NCBI RefSeq assembly: GCF_030144855.1
Contig: NC_082710.1
Coordinates: forward strand, 121,148,001-121,212,000
Direction of reading: 5' to 3'
Length of the DNA: 64,000 nucleotides
Source: Hypanus sabinus
Taxonomy: Eukaryota
The position numbers were made by a program, and so were the translations under genes. The notes beneath the pieces were generated by a model, which did not search any database, had not been told where the DNA came from, and was given only the letters and a program-made list of their open reading frames with translations. Of the stretch, positions 61,850 to 64,000 are shown piece by piece; the stretch's first letter is position 1, and each line of letters starts with the position of its first letter.

Positions 61850-64000
61850 CCACCCCCAGAACTGGCGATACACAGCCCAATGTCCACAGTCAGGGTCAGA
61901 CTCTGTTTGGGAGGTCTGCCTCTGCGCCGCAGTGCCGGAATCTCGACCGGCTGCGCCACATCCACATGGGCCGGTTTGAGTTGGTCCACCGTGAAAACCT
62001 CCTCTTTCCCCCCAATGTCCAGCAGGAATGGGGACCTGTTGTTTCTGATCACCGTAAGTGGCCCCTCGTAGGGCCGTTGTAGCGGTGGCTGATGCCTGCC
62101 CCGTCATACAATAACAAACTTACAGTTCTGCAGGTCTTTGGGTACTCAGGTCGGGTTCTGCCCATGCTGCGAAGTGGGTGTGGGGGCCAGGTTACCGAGC
62201 TTCTCGCGTAGTCTGCCCAGGACTGCTGCAGGTTCTTCCTCTTGCCCCCTTGGTGCTGGTATGAACTCCCCTGGGATGACCAGGGGTGCACCATACACCA
62301 ATTCGGCCGATGAGGTGTGCAGATCTTCTTTGGGTGCCGTGCGGATTCCGAGCAGGACCCAGGGGAGCTCGTCCACCCAGTTAGGCCCTTTGAGGCGGGC
62401 CATGAGAGCCGACTTCAGGTGACGGTGGAAACGCTCCACCATTCCGTTCGACTGTGGGTGGTAGGCAGTTGTGTGGTGCAGCTGTGTCCCCAAAAGGCTG
62501 GCCATAGCTGACCACAGGCTGGAGGTGAACTGGGCGCCTCTATCAGAAGTAATGTGGGCCGGTACACCAAAGCGAGATACCCAGGTGGCAATCAGTGCCC
62601 GGGCGCAAGATTCAGTGGTGGTGTCGGTGAGCGAGACCACCTTTGGCCATCTTGTGAACCGGTCCACGATAGTCAGGAGGTGCCGTGCTCCTCGCGACAC
62701 TGGCAGGGGGCCCACAATATCCACATGAATGTGGTTGAAACGCCGGTGGGTGGGGTGGAACTTCTGCGGCAGAGCTTTGGTGTGCCGCTGCACCTTGGCC
62801 GTCTGACAGTGCATGCATGTTCTGGCCCATTCACTGACCTGCTTGCGGAGTCCGTGCCAAACGAACCTGTTGGAGACCATCCAGATGGTTGTCCTGATGA
62901 AGGGGTGCGCTAAGTTGTGAATGGAGTCGAAAACGTGCCGCCGCTAGACTGGCGAAACGATGGGACAGGGTTGGCCGCTGGTGACGCCACAGAGTAGGGT
63001 CCTCTCACCTGGGCCTACGGGGAGATCCTGGAGCTGCAAACCGGAGACTGCGGTTCTGTAACTAGGGATCTCCTCATCTGCCTGCTGGACCTCCGTCAGT
63101 GCTTCATTGTCTACCCCCTGGGACAGGGCTAGGATGTTAGGGTTGGAGAGGGCGTCCACCACGACATTGTCCTTTCCCGAGATATGCCGGACATCCGTCG
63201 TGTATTCAGAGATATAGGACAGATGTCGCTGCTGGTGGGACGATCAGGGATCGGATGCCTTCATGAACGCAAAGGTAAGCGGTTTGTGATCCGTGAACGC
63301 GGTGAAGGACCTACCTTCCAAGAAGTACCTGAAATGCCAGATTGCCAGGTATAGCGCCAACAGTTCCCAGTCGAAAGCATTATATTTGAACTTGGGTGGT
63401 CGTAGGTGTTTGCTGAAAAATGCCAGGGGTTGCCAGCGATCCTCAATGAGTTGTTCCAGCACTCCACCAACTGCCGTGTTAGATGTGTCCACTGTGAGGG
63501 TGGTAGGGACGTCCAATCTGGGGTGCACTAGCATTGCGGCATTGCGGCATTGCGGCATTGCGGCTTCTTTGGTTTTAATGAAAGCGGCGGCGGACTCCTC
63601 GTCCCAGGTAATGTCCTTGCATGATTTGGGCAGCTGAAGGGAGGAAGCGGTAGGTAGAAATTTACCATACCCACGAATTCCTGAAGGCCTTTGATTGTGT
63701 TGGGTCGGGGGAAATGGTGGACCACGTCTACCTTGACGGGCAGAGGGGTTGCCCCGTCGTTAGTAATCCTGTGGCCCAGGAAGTCGATGGTATTGAGCCC
63801 GAACTGGCATTTGGCCAGGATGATTGTCAGGCCGTATTCACTCAGTCGGGCATAGAGTTGACGGGGGTGAGACAGGTGCTCCTGACTACTGCTGCTGGCT
63901 ATGAGGATTTCATCCAAATACATGAAAGCGAAGTCCAGGTCAGGTCCCACCACGTCCATCAACCGCTGAAACGTCTGTGCGGCATTCTTTAGGCCAAACG
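61850..64000 (-). pseudogene. Frameshifted Gypsy pol (RT-RNase H-integrase)
   Basis: FGLKNAAQTFQRLMD, YLDEILIAS (63528..63962); TVDTS..VGGVL..PLAFFS..ELLA..FTDHKPL (63244..63558); C..CQ, HVDIVGP, ITSDRGAQF, SNGMVERFH (62146..62880). Confidence 0.9.
63531..63564. repeat. (GCATTGCG)4 tandem repeat within pol
   Basis: Four exact 8-bp units read directly. Confidence 0.9.

Larger units (their letters stand above)
61560..64000 (-). mobile_element. Young Gypsy LTR retrotransposon, 3' half (continues beyond the window)
   Basis: GC/CpG-rich; RT, RNase H, integrase order; PPT 'ggggg' at ~61850-61858; 3' LTR 61560-61845. Confidence 0.95.

Noticed and set aside
61555-62913. Many overlapping plus-strand ORFs
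   Set aside because: Shadow frames of the GC-rich Gypsy pol/LTR.
1-64000. Prokaryote-style systems (operons, CRISPR, defence islands) or a host gene
   Set aside because: No long intact ORFs, no regularly spaced repeat-spacer array, and no convincing exon chain; the sequence is vertebrate repeat-rich non-coding DNA.

Overview
Eukaryotic, AT-rich, repeat-dominated DNA that appears intergenic or intronic. I found no convincing host protein-coding exon, RNA gene or CRISPR array. The repeat complement suggests a cartilaginous fish, probably a ray (inference from recognised repeat families, not from a search). It includes CR1 LINEs, Rex1/Babar LINEs, V-SINE/HE1-like SINEs, Penelope-like elements with 'acacaaaatgctggaggaactcagc' ends, and a SacSINE1-like DeuSINE. 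Almost every ORF with a recognisable product is a decayed transposon fragment. Main contents: many CR1 and Rex1/Babar fragments, often nested; one 5'-truncated L1 with a TSD; three Gypsy LTR elements (26.5-29.0 kb, 55.4-59.9 kb, and a young one from 61.56 kb running off the window); three solo LTRs; a Tc1 relic; and a Sola-like DNA transposon relic. The most interesting signals are RNA-level and modular: relic hammerhead ribozymes in two Penelope-type families, a plausible HDV-like ribozyme fold at the exact 5' end of an RTE element, and tRNA-headed SINEs carrying 3' tails from three different LINE clades. I see no evidence for a novel multi-gene system. All family assignments are by eye. Boundaries without a TSD are approximate (about +/-20-50 bp).
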